Of a DNA stretch of 64,000 nucleotides, positions 1 through 8,806 are shown one piece after another. The DNA is taken from assembly GCA_964397995.1 (NCBI GenBank), contig CAYNLG010000007.1, forward strand, positions 4,998-68,997, given 5' to 3'. This DNA is from an uncultured Anaerolineales bacterium (GTDB taxonomy: Bacteria > Planctomycetota > Phycisphaerae > FEN-1346). The translations under genes were made by a program, and so were the position numbers. How positions within the stretch are numbered: position 1 is the stretch's first letter; each line of letters starts with the position of its first letter. A model generated the notes under the pieces. That model saw only the letters and a list, made by a program, of their open reading frames with translations, searched no databases and was not told the DNA's origin.

Positions 1-120
1 GACCCAGGTGGCGACCTTGTGGTCGGCGCGGGCGGCGGTCGGTGCGGCCAGAAGCAAGGCGGCCGCGGCCACGAAGGCGACGGTGGCGGCGCACGATGCA
101 CGACGGATGGACGTGGACAC
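1..120 (-). CDS. 5' end (first 40 codons) of a secreted-protein gene; the rest lies left of the window
   Basis: Hand translation of the reverse strand gives AAGGGAGGGG-N6-GTG (118-120), then STSIRRASCAATVAFVAAAALLLAAPTAARA/DHKVATWV. That is a basic n-region, an Ala/Leu core and an A-x-A type cleavage site. It is too short for the ORF track. Confidence 0.45.
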   Translation of the reverse strand, partial: MSTSIRRASCAATVAFVAAAALLLAAPTAARADHKVATWV

Positions 121-235
121 GGGTTTCCCCTCCCTTTGCGGGTCGGTGGGGCCGCGCACAACGGGCTCGGCCAGCCGGGCGGCGCAGGCCGCCGGACGTG
201 GACAGACTCCGAGAAACGACCCCTCGTTCGGGGGG

Positions 236-264
236 AGTGTACCCCAAGAACGGGCCGGAGGCAA
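236..264 (-). promoter_or_regulatory. candidate sigma70-like promoter for the partial gene at 1-120
   Basis: The minus strand reads TTGCCT (264-259), a 17-nt spacer, then TACACT (241-236). It sits in a local GC dip about 110 nt upstream of the GTG. Motif match only. Confidence 0.25.
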
Positions 265-355
265 ACCGGAGCGGGGAAACAGAGACTTGAGTGTTGATTT
301 GGGTGGGAAACGACAGTTAGGGTAGCGCCGGGTTGAGGCGGCCTTGCGCCGCCGC

Positions 356-1513
356 TCAGATCGTCGGGCCGATGCGGTAGATGGCGGCCTCGGTGTGGCC
401 GAGGCGTTCGGCGCGGGTCGGCGCCCCGCCGGCCGTGCGGGCCAGGAGGTCCAGGAGCGTCGCCCCGACGCCCTCGACGGTGTCGCGGCCGGCCAGGACC
501 GGGGCGGCCGAGAGGTCCACGTTCCCCTTCATGCACCGGGCGGTCCGCGGGTTGCCGGTGATCTTGACGACCGGGGCCACCGGGCACCCGACGGGCGTCC
601 CGAGGCCGGTCGAGAAGACGACCAGGTTGGCCCCGCCGGCGGCCATGCCGGTGATGGACTCGACGTCCTGGCCGGGGGTGTCCATGAACCAGAGGCCCGG
701 GCCGGGGACGGGCTCGGCGTACTCGACGACGCCTTCCAGGGGGGCGGTGCCGGCCTTGTAGATGCAGCCGAGGGACTTTTCCTCGATGGTCGTGAGGCCG
801 CCGCGGATGTTCCCCGGCGTGGGCTGGGAGCCGCGGATATCGACGCCCATGCGGCGTGCGGCGTCCTCGACGCGGGCGACCATGGCCAGGAGGCGGTCGG
901 CGACGTCGGGGCTGGCGGCGCGGCGGGCGAGGAGGTGCTCGCCGCCGATGATCTCGGTGGTCTCGGAGAGGATGACCGTGCCGCCCGCCTCGACGATGCG
1001 GTCGGCGGCCCAGCCGATGGCGGGGTTCGGGGCGAGGCCGCTGGAGAAGTCCGACCCGCCGCATTCGGTGCCCAGGACGAGGTCGGCCAGTGTGCCGGGT
1101 TCGCGTTCGTCGGCGTCGAGGTCGGCGGCCAGGGCGCGGGCGAGGCGGACGCCCTCGGCGACGGCCTTGCGTGAGCCGCCGGCGTCCTGGATGCGAAGCG
1201 CCTCGGCCCGGGTGCCGCGCGCGGTCGCCTCGGACGCCAGGGCCTCGGCGTCGACCTGTTCGCAGCCGAGGCCGACGACGAGGACGGCGCCGACGTTCGG
1301 GTTGGTGGCGAGGCCGAGGAGGGTACGACGGAACTGGGCGAGGTCGGCCCCGAGGAGGCAGCAGCCGGCGGTGTGGATGAGGGGCCGGGCCCGCTTGACG
1401 CGGCGGGCGATGCGCTCGGTGACCGTGTTGGCGCACACGACGGTCGAGAGGATGAGCAGGTGGTTGCGGAGGCCGGCGCGGCCGCCGGGGCGGCGGTAGA
1501 CGAGCAGGTCCAT
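356..1513 (-). CDS. UxaA-family (altronate/galactarate-type) sugar-acid dehydratase, large catalytic subunit
   Basis: Track ORF 356..2011 trimmed to the ATG at 1511-1513 (MDLLVYRRPGG...). Family-typical stretches are GLGCEQV, GTECGGSDFSSG and VVFSTGLGTPVGCPVAPVVKITGN. The 5' 165 codons of the track ORF are Arg/Pro shadow sequence. Confidence 0.85.
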   Translation of the reverse strand: MDLLVYRRPGGRAGLRNHLLILSTVVCANTVTERIARRVKRARPLIHTAGCCLLGADLAQFRRTLLGLATNPNVGAVLVVGLGCEQVDAEALASEATARGTRAEALRIQDAGGSRKAVAEGVRLARALAADLDADEREPGTLADLVLGTECGGSDFSSGLAPNPAIGWAADRIVEAGGTVILSETTEIIGGEHLLARRAASPDVADRLLAMVARVEDAARRMGVDIRGSQPTPGNIRGGLTTIEEKSLGCIYKAGTAPLEGVVEYAEPVPGPGLWFMDTPGQDVESITGMAAGGANLVVFSTGLGTPVGCPVAPVVKITGNPRTARCMKGNVDLSAAPVLAGRDTVEGVGATLLDLLARTAGGAPTRAERLGHTEAAIYRIGPTI

Positions 1514-1824
1514 CAGGCGTCCTCCGCGGCGGGCCGGTCGCCCCGGCCCCGGGCGCTCTCGACGTTGTGCGTGTGAACGTGCTCGCCGGGGGCGATGGGG
1601 GCGGTGGCGCGGCCGATGGGCTCGCCGTACTTGACGACGGCGTCGCCCGGGGCGAGCGGCGCCAGGGCCAGCTTGTGGCCGGCGGGAATCGCCTGGTCCG
1701 CGGTGAGCATGCACCCGGCGGTCGGGTGCTGGACGGCGACGTCGGCCCCGGCGGCGATTTCGGCCAGGGCGGTGGCGACGTTGTCGTCGGGATGGAGACG
1801 GATGGCGCGGCCGGCGGGGGGCAT
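1513..1824 (-). CDS. SAF-domain small subunit of the split UxaA-family dehydratase
   Basis: ATG at 1822-1824, product MPPAGRAIRLHPDDNVATAL...IPAGHKLAL...VVKYGEPIGRAT...GEHVHTHNV (SAF-like). Its TGA overlaps the next ATG (ATGA at 1511-1515), which suggests translational coupling. Confidence 0.8.
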   Translation of the reverse strand: MPPAGRAIRLHPDDNVATALAEIAAGADVAVQHPTAGCMLTADQAIPAGHKLALAPLAPGDAVVKYGEPIGRATAPIAPGEHVHTHNVESARGRGDRPAAEDA

Positions 1825-2057
1825 GGTCGGGCTCCGGGGGCGCGTGTTTGAACCGGCGCGGCCGGGCGGGGTTATTCGGAAACCGGCGGGCGCGGCCGCG
1901 TCGCAAGCGGTGGCCGCGCGGGCCGGCGGCGACGCGCCCCATAGAGAGGAACGGCCGCGCATGGGCCGGGGCGCCCGGGGTGGGAGGTCCGGGCGCCCCT
2001 TGCGGCCACACACAGGGGTGGTGGTACGCGTCTTGGGGGTACGGCTCCTTTCGCGCG

Positions 2058-5000
2058 CTACTTGGCGGCGGCCAGCACCGCCTCCCGGCCGGCCAGCCGG
2101 TTGACGAAAACGACGACGGCGCCCGGCACGGGCTGCTTCTTGAGCGTGTAGAAGGCTTCGGTGCGGAAGGCGTCCCAGACGGCGGCGCCCGCCTTCCGGG
2201 CCGCCAGGGCCGTCAGGACGACCCCGTCCGGGCCGTGCATGGCCCCGGCGACGGTCTTCTTGAGCGTGGCGGCGTCGGGCTGCTTCTCGGCATCGACGAG
2301 GACCGCGGCGACGGGGAGGAAGGCGGCCACCTGCGCGTCGAGTTCGTCCCCGGCGGGGAGGTCGGCCGCCACCTTCGCCGCGAGGTCCGGGTGGACGAGG
2401 GCGGCGTAGACGGCCGCGACGAGGAGCGTCGCGTCGGCCCCGACACCTTCGCCGAGGTGAGAGACGACGGCGGCCGCCGGCTGCGCGGTGGCCTTACGGA
2501 CCTCGGCGGCGAGGCGCGCGAGGTCCTCGGCCCCGGGCAGGCGGCGGCTCGCCTCGGTGACGGTCCAGGCGGAACGGAGCGCGAGGAAGACCGGGCCGAC
2601 GCGCGGCGCGGGGGCGGCCTCGCCCTCGGAGGCCTCGGGCGGCTCAGGCAGGCGGAGCAGCTCGCTCATCGGGCCGGCGTGCCAGGCGGCCTCGAGCGCT
2701 TCGAGGGCCTCGACGTCGAGCGATCCCCCGGCCGCCGACGCCAGCAGCCGCCACCCGAAGGCGTCCAGCGCCCCCGCGACGCGCCCGCACGCCAGGGCCG
2801 CGTCGAGCGTCTCGGCGGCCTCGCGGCGCTCGGCATAGCGGGCGGCCGTGGTTTTGCGCAGCTCCGCGAGGTCGCCCTCCAGCGCCGCATCCGGGTTGGC
2901 GAGGTCCGAGAGCAGCCGGGCGGTCTTCGCGTGCACGTCCTTCGGGCCGATGACCAGCACCTGGCCGGGACCGTACCACGCGACGGCCTTGGCGCCGGCG
3001 GCTTCGAGGTGCGCCCGGACGGGGTCCATGAAGGCGGCCGCGACCTGGCTGACCGAGGCGATTCGCTTCTGCCAGTCGCCGTCGGTCTTGATCTCGTTCT
3101 CGCGCGGCATGGCGAGGAGCGAGGCGTCGTAGACCCAGCCGCTGGGGCCGTCCATGCGGCGGACGGTACCAGCGACGAGGGTCTTGCCGTCAAGGCGCCA
3201 GGTCATGCGGACCGGGTGGAGGAGCCAGTCGAGGCCCTGGGCGACGGTCGCCCCTCGGAGGTCGAGATACGCCAGACGCGTCGGATCCTCGCCCTGGAGC
3301 AACTCGCGGGCGTCGGCGGCGCTGCCCACGAGCAGGTCGGCCCGCAGGCCGGCGGCGTCGGCAATCGTCGCGAGCGCCGCCTCCAGCGTCGTGCCGCGCA
3401 GCTCCACGTCGAGCGTCGTCTCCAGGTCCGGCCGAGCCTTCGTCCAGCGGTCGCGGAGGGCGGCGTCGGCCTTGCCGAACCCTTCCATGGCCTTGTCGGC
3501 CACGTCGGGGCGATGCCCCGCCGAGGCGAAGAGGTACGCCGCCCCGTAGGCCGCGCGGGCCTCGTCCAGGCGGCCGGCCTCGGCGGCCTTGGCGGCCGCC
3601 TCGAGCAAGACGTCGGCCTGCTTTCTGCGGGCCTCGGCCTCGGCCTTTTCGCCGGAGACGGCCTGGCCCCAGTACGCGAAGGCGTACCCGGCGCCCAGGG
3701 CCTCGCCGAGATCGCCCAGGCTGAAGTAGTCGTCCATGGTGAAGAGGTCGCCGCCGTAATGGTACGCCAGACCCGCGGTCCGTGGGGCCTTGGCGCCAGC
3801 CATGGGCGCGCGGTTGCCGCCGTGGTAGCCCCATCCGGCGTCGGGCGTCGGGCCGCTCGCCACCGTGGTGTCGGCACACCCGGCCCACCCGAACCAGCCG
3901 CCCATCTGCCCGGCCTGTCCGTCCTTGTCGGCACGATACCGGCGGAGCGACGCCGGCCGGGACGCCGAAGTCCGTGCCATGGGCGGCGCCATGCCCCCAA
4001 ACGCGCGACCAAGGGCGGGCAGCCCGAGGGCCAGGGCGTCTTTCGCCTCGCCCGAGCGTCCGTCCTCCCCGCCGAAGAACCCCTCGTACCGCGTTCCCTC
4101 GGGAATCGGCACGGGCACGAGCATGCGGCGCGGCGGCCGGGCGGGCGGGGTCATCTTGCCCAGCTCGCTCTCGTCGACGGCCACGAAGCTGGTGTACTGG
4201 CTCATCAGGCGGTACTCCAGGGCGATACTCGTCACGGCCTCCTCGACGGCCGGGCTCCCGGCGTAGTAGGTCTGGTGCATGAGGGATTCGATCTTCTGGC
4301 GGGCCCACACCTTGGCCAGCACGTCGTGCTGCTCCTGGCGCGCGGGCAGGGTGACGGGGACCGTCCAGGCGACCGGCTCGCCCTCGGCCTTGCCGGTGAT
4401 GCGGATCGTGTCGGTTCCGCCGCCCGGCTCGTACATGCCGTAGACGATGATCGGCCGTCCGGCCCACAGCTCGGGGATGCGGGCGGGATAGGTCCCGTGG
4501 ACGCCGAGGGTGCCCCAGTTGATGGCGACCTCGGCAAGCTGGGCCCGCTGGATGCGGTACATGATCTCGGTCGTCAGGGGCCCCGCCTCCTCGTTCAGGC
4601 CGAGGACCTTGCCCATGCCGCCCCCCTGCTTCGCCACGCCGTCCACCAGGTGCATGTTCGGGGCCTGGCCGATGCCGATGCACCAGAAGCGGATCCGGTC
4701 GCCGCACCGGCGGCCGACCTCCTCGATGATCTGGGCCTCGTTGCCGATGTAGCCGTCGGTCAGCATGACGACGATGCGGACGCGGTCCGGGTCGAGGGGG
4801 TCGCCGAAGGCGGCCTTGATGCCCTTGAGCATCTCGGTCCCCCCACCGCCCTTCAGGCCCTCGGTGAAGGCCAGGGCCTTGTCGATGTTCGCCGGCGTGC
4901 ACGCGACGGGCGTCTCGAAGAGCTTCTGGGCGCGGCCGGAGAAGGTGATGACCTGGACGGTGTCGATCGGGCGCGCGAGCTTCAGCATCCCCTTCATCGC

Positions 5001-6113
5001 CTCGATGACCTTGGCGGTCGGCTGGCCCGACATCGAGCCGGAGACGTCGATGAGGAAGGAGACCTCGCGCGGCGGGCTCTTCCTCAGGCGCTCGTCCTCC
5101 TTCGGCTGGACCATCAGCATCAGGTACCCACTGCCGGAGGGATCGGTGTGCGTCAGGACGGCCATCTCGGGCTTCGCCCCGACGACCGCGTACTTGAGGA
5201 CGAAGTCCTTATTGGGCAGCGTGTCGCTCTTGGCGATCTCGACGCTCGCGCGGCTCGGGCCCTGGCGCGTCAGGCGGACCTCGTGGTTCGGCGATTCCAG
5301 GTTCTGGATCGCCACGCCCGCGTCCACCCACAGCGACAGGCTGATGTCGTGGCCGTTGCGCATGTCGGGCTTCAGCACCGGCGGGCTGATCCGCGAGGCG
5401 TCCGGCACGGCCGTCGTGTCCGGCGACCAGCCGGTGCCCTTCGGCGCGTCGGGGCCTTCCTTGACCTCGGTCTTGTCGAGCTCGCCGACCTTGCCCTGGA
5501 GTTCCTCCGGGACGGGCGGGACGGTGGACGTGGGCGCCCCCGGCATGTAGCGCGGCCCGACCACCATCGGGAACCGGAAGGTGTAGGTGCCGAGGTCGTA
5601 GGCGAGGACGTCGACGTAGGAAATCTCGATGCGGATCGTCTCGCCGGGATCGATGTTGCCGACCGACTGGGTGAAGATGTTGGGCCGCTCCTGCTCCAGG
5701 AGGGCCGCCGTGGCGCCCTGGCGGAGGGCGGCCTCGTAGATGGCCCGGGCTTGGGCGCGGCGCTCGATGCGGCCGACGATGCGGCGGTCGCCGAGGACCA
5801 TGGTCATGTCGTCGACCGCCGCCTCGTGCGGCAAGGGGAAGACGTAGATCGCCTCAATGGTCTCCTGGAGCGGGTTCTGAAAGGTCTGGGTGACCGTGAC
5901 GCGGGCGATGAACCCCGAGACCTCGGCCTCGACGTCGGTGTGCTTCAGGGGACACTCGACGACCGACCCGTCCTCCCCGACGATCCGCAGGGCGCCCTGG
6001 GTCACGTCCTTCCGGGCGGCCTGGAACGGGTCGATCGGCTCGGTCTCGACGGCGCCGGCGACGCCAGCGAGGGTGACGGCCAGAGCAACGGTAAGGGCGG
6101 CGCGGCGGGTCAT
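2058..6113 (-). CDS. exported VIT + von Willebrand A domain protein with a ~650-aa C-terminal extension
   Basis: Track ORF trimmed to the ATG at 6111-6113, preceded by GGAGG. Signal peptide MTRRAALTVALAVTLAGVAGA. VIT-like N-terminus (GFIARVTVTQTFQNP...IYVFPLP). vWA MIDAS motif DVSGSMSG plus MLTDGYIGNE. The C-terminal half is Ala-rich helical with an STN-like module. Confidence 0.85.
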   Translation of the reverse strand: MTRRAALTVALAVTLAGVAGAVETEPIDPFQAARKDVTQGALRIVGEDGSVVECPLKHTDVEAEVSGFIARVTVTQTFQNPLQETIEAIYVFPLPHEAAVDDMTMVLGDRRIVGRIERRAQARAIYEAALRQGATAALLEQERPNIFTQSVGNIDPGETIRIEISYVDVLAYDLGTYTFRFPMVVGPRYMPGAPTSTVPPVPEELQGKVGELDKTEVKEGPDAPKGTGWSPDTTAVPDASRISPPVLKPDMRNGHDISLSLWVDAGVAIQNLESPNHEVRLTRQGPSRASVEIAKSDTLPNKDFVLKYAVVGAKPEMAVLTHTDPSGSGYLMLMVQPKEDERLRKSPPREVSFLIDVSGSMSGQPTAKVIEAMKGMLKLARPIDTVQVITFSGRAQKLFETPVACTPANIDKALAFTEGLKGGGGTEMLKGIKAAFGDPLDPDRVRIVVMLTDGYIGNEAQIIEEVGRRCGDRIRFWCIGIGQAPNMHLVDGVAKQGGGMGKVLGLNEEAGPLTTEIMYRIQRAQLAEVAINWGTLGVHGTYPARIPELWAGRPIIVYGMYEPGGGTDTIRITGKAEGEPVAWTVPVTLPARQEQHDVLAKVWARQKIESLMHQTYYAGSPAVEEAVTSIALEYRLMSQYTSFVAVDESELGKMTPPARPPRRMLVPVPIPEGTRYEGFFGGEDGRSGEAKDALALGLPALGRAFGGMAPPMARTSASRPASLRRYRADKDGQAGQMGGWFGWAGCADTTVASGPTPDAGWGYHGGNRAPMAGAKAPRTAGLAYHYGGDLFTMDDYFSLGDLGEALGAGYAFAYWGQAVSGEKAEAEARRKQADVLLEAAAKAAEAGRLDEARAAYGAAYLFASAGHRPDVADKAMEGFGKADAALRDRWTKARPDLETTLDVELRGTTLEAALATIADAAGLRADLLVGSAADARELLQGEDPTRLAYLDLRGATVAQGLDWLLHPVRMTWRLDGKTLVAGTVRRMDGPSGWVYDASLLAMPRENEIKTDGDWQKRIASVSQVAAAFMDPVRAHLEAAGAKAVAWYGPGQVLVIGPKDVHAKTARLLSDLANPDAALEGDLAELRKTTAARYAERREAAETLDAALACGRVAGALDAFGWRLLASAAGGSLDVEALEALEAAWHAGPMSELLRLPEPPEASEGEAAPAPRVGPVFLALRSAWTVTEASRRLPGAEDLARLAAEVRKATAQPAAAVVSHLGEGVGADATLLVAAVYAALVHPDLAAKVAADLPAGDELDAQVAAFLPVAAVLVDAEKQPDAATLKKTVAGAMHGPDGVVLTALAARKAGAAVWDAFRTEAFYTLKKQPVPGAVVVFVNRLAGREAVLAAAK

Positions 6114-6204
6114 GGCGTGGCCTCCGATTGGCGTGTACGGAGGTATGGACGCCGCCAGGCCCCGGCGGGTTTCGGGAAAATGGGAACGGGCCGGCGGCTT
6201 CGGC

Positions 6205-6412
6205 AGCACGGGCATCTTGTCCGTGGGTTTTGGCTTGCCGTTTTCACACGCCGTGAAAACATCGAAGAAAACTCATGGCCTGGAAGGCCATGCTACGTCG
6301 GCGCGCCGCCGCTTTCCGTAGCACGGGCATCCTGCCCGTGGGTTTTGGTTTGCCGTTTTCACACGCCGCGAAAACATCGAAGAAAACCCATGGTCTGGAA
6401 GGCCATGCCACG
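6205..6412. repeat. tandem direct repeat: two ~93-nt units with 115-bp period, each made of three short palindromes
   Basis: Unit 1 is 6205-6297 and unit 2 is 6320-6412, with about 7 mismatches by hand alignment. Each unit carries CACGGGCA-N3-TGCCCGTG, TTTTCAC-N5-GTGAAAA and CATGGCC-N5-GGCCATG type inverted repeats. It lies in the divergent intergenic region between 6113 and 6500. Confidence 0.85.
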
Positions 6413-6499
6413 CCGGCCGGCCATTGTCTCCGGGGGGTCAAGGCGAGGCCCCCGGAATCCATTTGGGCGCTTGGCGGCGCGCGGCTAGACTAAGGCCCC

Positions 6500-7906
6500 A
6501 TGGACGGGACCGACCGGACACGGCCGCGCTGGTGGCACCGCCTGGCGGACCTCTTCCCGTACGGCTTGGCCCCGTCGGTCATCCTGCTGCTCACCCTCCT
6601 TTCGGGCGGGTACCTGGGGTGGACGGGCCTGGCGGCCCTGGGGCGGCCCGAGGCGGACCTGACGCTGTGGACGTTCGCGCGGCACCATTACAACGCGTAC
6701 GTGCAGGCGCGGCCGTCGTTCGAGGCGGCCCGGGACGTGACGGTCGACATGCAGCTCGTCCACGGCGACACCGTCTCGCGCCGGCTGCGCTCGGCCTTCT
6801 GGGCCGGCATCGACGTCCCGGACGCCGTCGAGGTCGAGATCACCCGGGCCGGCAGCTTCTTCCGCGGGCCGGTCGAGGACGTCGGGTTCATCGACCTCGC
6901 GCCGTACCTGACGCGGCCGGACCCGGCCGACCCGCGGGGGCGGCCGCTGATGGCCCGGCTGGTCCAGTCGCGGTTCTCGATGTGCAGCCACAAGGGCCGC
7001 ATCTTCGGCCTCCCGCACGACGTCCACCCGGTGCTGCTGGCGTACCGGGCGGACCTCTTTGACGAGCTCGGCCTCGACGCCGCATCCCTCACCACCTGGG
7101 ACGCCTTCATCGAGGCCGGCCGCCGCGTCACCAACCACCGCGACCGCTACATGATCAACCTGTCGAAGCGGGCGGCGTACTCGCTGGAGGTGTTTCTTTT
7201 CCAGAAGGGCGGCCAGTACTTCCACGAGGACGGGTCGTTGGCCATGGACTCCGAGACCGCCGTCGAGGCGCTCCTCTGGTACGGGCCGCTGGTGGCGGGG
7301 CCGGAGCGGATCGCGGCGGACCCGGACATGTTCGGGGCGAACTTCGCCAAGAGCGTCCGCGATGGGTACTGCCTGTGCTCCATCGCGCCGGACTGGAAGA
7401 GCTACGGCATCGAGAAGGACGTGCCGGACATGGCCGGGAAGATGAAGCTGATGCCCCTGCCGGCGTTCGAGCCGGGTGGCCGGCGGACGAGCACCTGGGG
7501 CGGGACGATGATCGGCATCACGAAACGCTCGGCCGACCGCGACCTGACGTGGGCGCTGGTCGAGCACCTGTACCTGGACGAGGAGGACCTGGGCGAGCGG
7601 TTCCGGCACCTCAACATTCTGCCGCCCTACAAGGACGCCTGGGACCATCCCGCCTTCCACGAGCCGCGCCCCTACTGGAGCGGCCAGCGCCTCGGGGCCG
7701 AGTACATTGCCGTCGCCGACCAGGTCCCGCCGCAGTACGGCAGCCCGTTCCTGGAACTGGCGAAGTCGAAGATGGGCGAGGTGGTGGCGGCATGCGTGAA
7801 CTACTACGACGCGCGCGGCGCCGAGGGGTACGAGGCGTTCGTGCGGCGGCGCCTCGCGCAGGCCGCCGACGAAGTGCGCCGCCAGATGCGGAGGAACCCG
7901 TTCTGA
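6500..7906 (+). CDS. ABC transporter substrate-binding protein (family-1 sugar type), membrane-anchored
   Basis: ATG at 6500. N-terminal single TM (LAPSVILLLTLLSGGYLGW), then an SBP-like body (GLPHDVHPVLLAYRADLF, STWGGTMIGITK). It is immediately followed by two permease genes. Confidence 0.8.
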   Translation: MDGTDRTRPRWWHRLADLFPYGLAPSVILLLTLLSGGYLGWTGLAALGRPEADLTLWTFARHHYNAYVQARPSFEAARDVTVDMQLVHGDTVSRRLRSAFWAGIDVPDAVEVEITRAGSFFRGPVEDVGFIDLAPYLTRPDPADPRGRPLMARLVQSRFSMCSHKGRIFGLPHDVHPVLLAYRADLFDELGLDAASLTTWDAFIEAGRRVTNHRDRYMINLSKRAAYSLEVFLFQKGGQYFHEDGSLAMDSETAVEALLWYGPLVAGPERIAADPDMFGANFAKSVRDGYCLCSIAPDWKSYGIEKDVPDMAGKMKLMPLPAFEPGGRRTSTWGGTMIGITKRSADRDLTWALVEHLYLDEEDLGERFRHLNILPPYKDAWDHPAFHEPRPYWSGQRLGAEYIAVADQVPPQYGSPFLELAKSKMGEVVAACVNYYDARGAEGYEAFVRRRLAQAADEVRRQMRRNPF

Positions 7907-8802
7907 TGCGCCCCGCCGGACCGCTCGCGAGCCGTCGCCTGGCCCCGTACCTGTTCGTGGCCCCGTTCCTGGTGGTCTTCGCGGTCTTCGGGGTGTACCC
8001 GATCGCCAAGAGCATCATCCTGTCGGCGCACGTGACGAGCGGCCCGACGTCGCAGGTCTTCGTCGGGCTCGCCAACTTCCGGTTCCTCGTGACGGACCCG
8101 GCCTTTCACAAGGCGGTGTCGAACACGGCGGTCTTCGCGCTCTACTCGGTGGGGCTCCAGCTCCCGGTAAGCCTGGGCCTGGCGCTGTTGCTGAACCGGC
8201 CGGACGTGCGGGGGCGGAACGTCCTGCGGCTCTGCTTCTTCTCGCCGCGCCTTGTGGGCATGGTCTTCGTCGGGGTGCTCTTCTCGCTGATCTTCGCGAC
8301 GCGGTTCGGGTTGCTGAACGTGGCGCTGCACCACCTGGCGGGACAGCCGCTGGACCGCGAGTGGCTGAACGACCCGGACCTGACGATGCCGGTGCTGGTG
8401 GCGACGGCGCTCTGGCTCTTCGCGGGGCACAACATGATCTACTTCCTGGCCGCCCTTCAGGGGGTGGACCCGAACCTGTACGAGGCGGCCAAGATCGACG
8501 GGGCGGACGCGCTGGGGCGGTTCCTCCACGTGACGCTGCCCGGCATCCGGCACGTGGTGGTCTTCGTCGTGATCCTCTCGATGCTCGGGTCGTTCATGCT
8601 CTTCGAGATGCCGTACCTGTTGTATAAGAACTCGGCCGGGCCGGACGGCTCGGCCCTGACGGTGGTCATGTACCTGTACCAGAACGGCTGGGTGACGGGC
8701 GATCTGGGGTACGCCTCGGCCATCGGGTGGTCGCTGGCGGCGGGGGTGCTGGTGCTGGCGCTGGCGCAGATGCGCCTGCTGGGCACGTGGAAGAAGGGGT
8801 AG
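7906..8802 (+). CDS. ABC sugar transporter permease (MalF/UgpA-like)
   Basis: Track ORF 7375..8802 trimmed to the ATG at 7906, which overlaps the upstream TGA (TGATG). Six hydrophobic segments and the EAA loop YEAAKIDGADALGRFLHVTLPGI. Confidence 0.9.
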   Translation: MRPAGPLASRRLAPYLFVAPFLVVFAVFGVYPIAKSIILSAHVTSGPTSQVFVGLANFRFLVTDPAFHKAVSNTAVFALYSVGLQLPVSLGLALLLNRPDVRGRNVLRLCFFSPRLVGMVFVGVLFSLIFATRFGLLNVALHHLAGQPLDREWLNDPDLTMPVLVATALWLFAGHNMIYFLAALQGVDPNLYEAAKIDGADALGRFLHVTLPGIRHVVVFVVILSMLGSFMLFEMPYLLYKNSAGPDGSALTVVMYLYQNGWVTGDLGYASAIGWSLAAGVLVLALAQMRLLGTWKKG

Positions 8803-8806
8803 CCGC

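Noticed and set aside
6205-6412. Possible CRISPR array
   Set aside because: There are only two copies. The ~93-nt units are much longer than CRISPR repeats, the 'spacer' is about 22 nt, and there are no cas genes in the window.
1848-6488. 1546-aa plus-strand ORF
   Set aside because: It is antisense to the well-supported VIT-vWA gene. Its composition is dominated by Arg/Gly/Ala/Pro/Asp/Val, and it has no RBS, signal peptide or family motif. This is a typical high-GC shadow frame.
6244-6493. 72-aa ORFs on both strands across the tandem repeat
   Set aside because: Each simply translates the two repeat units, so the peptides are internally duplicated. Palindromic DNA gives open frames on both strands. 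These are most likely non-coding.
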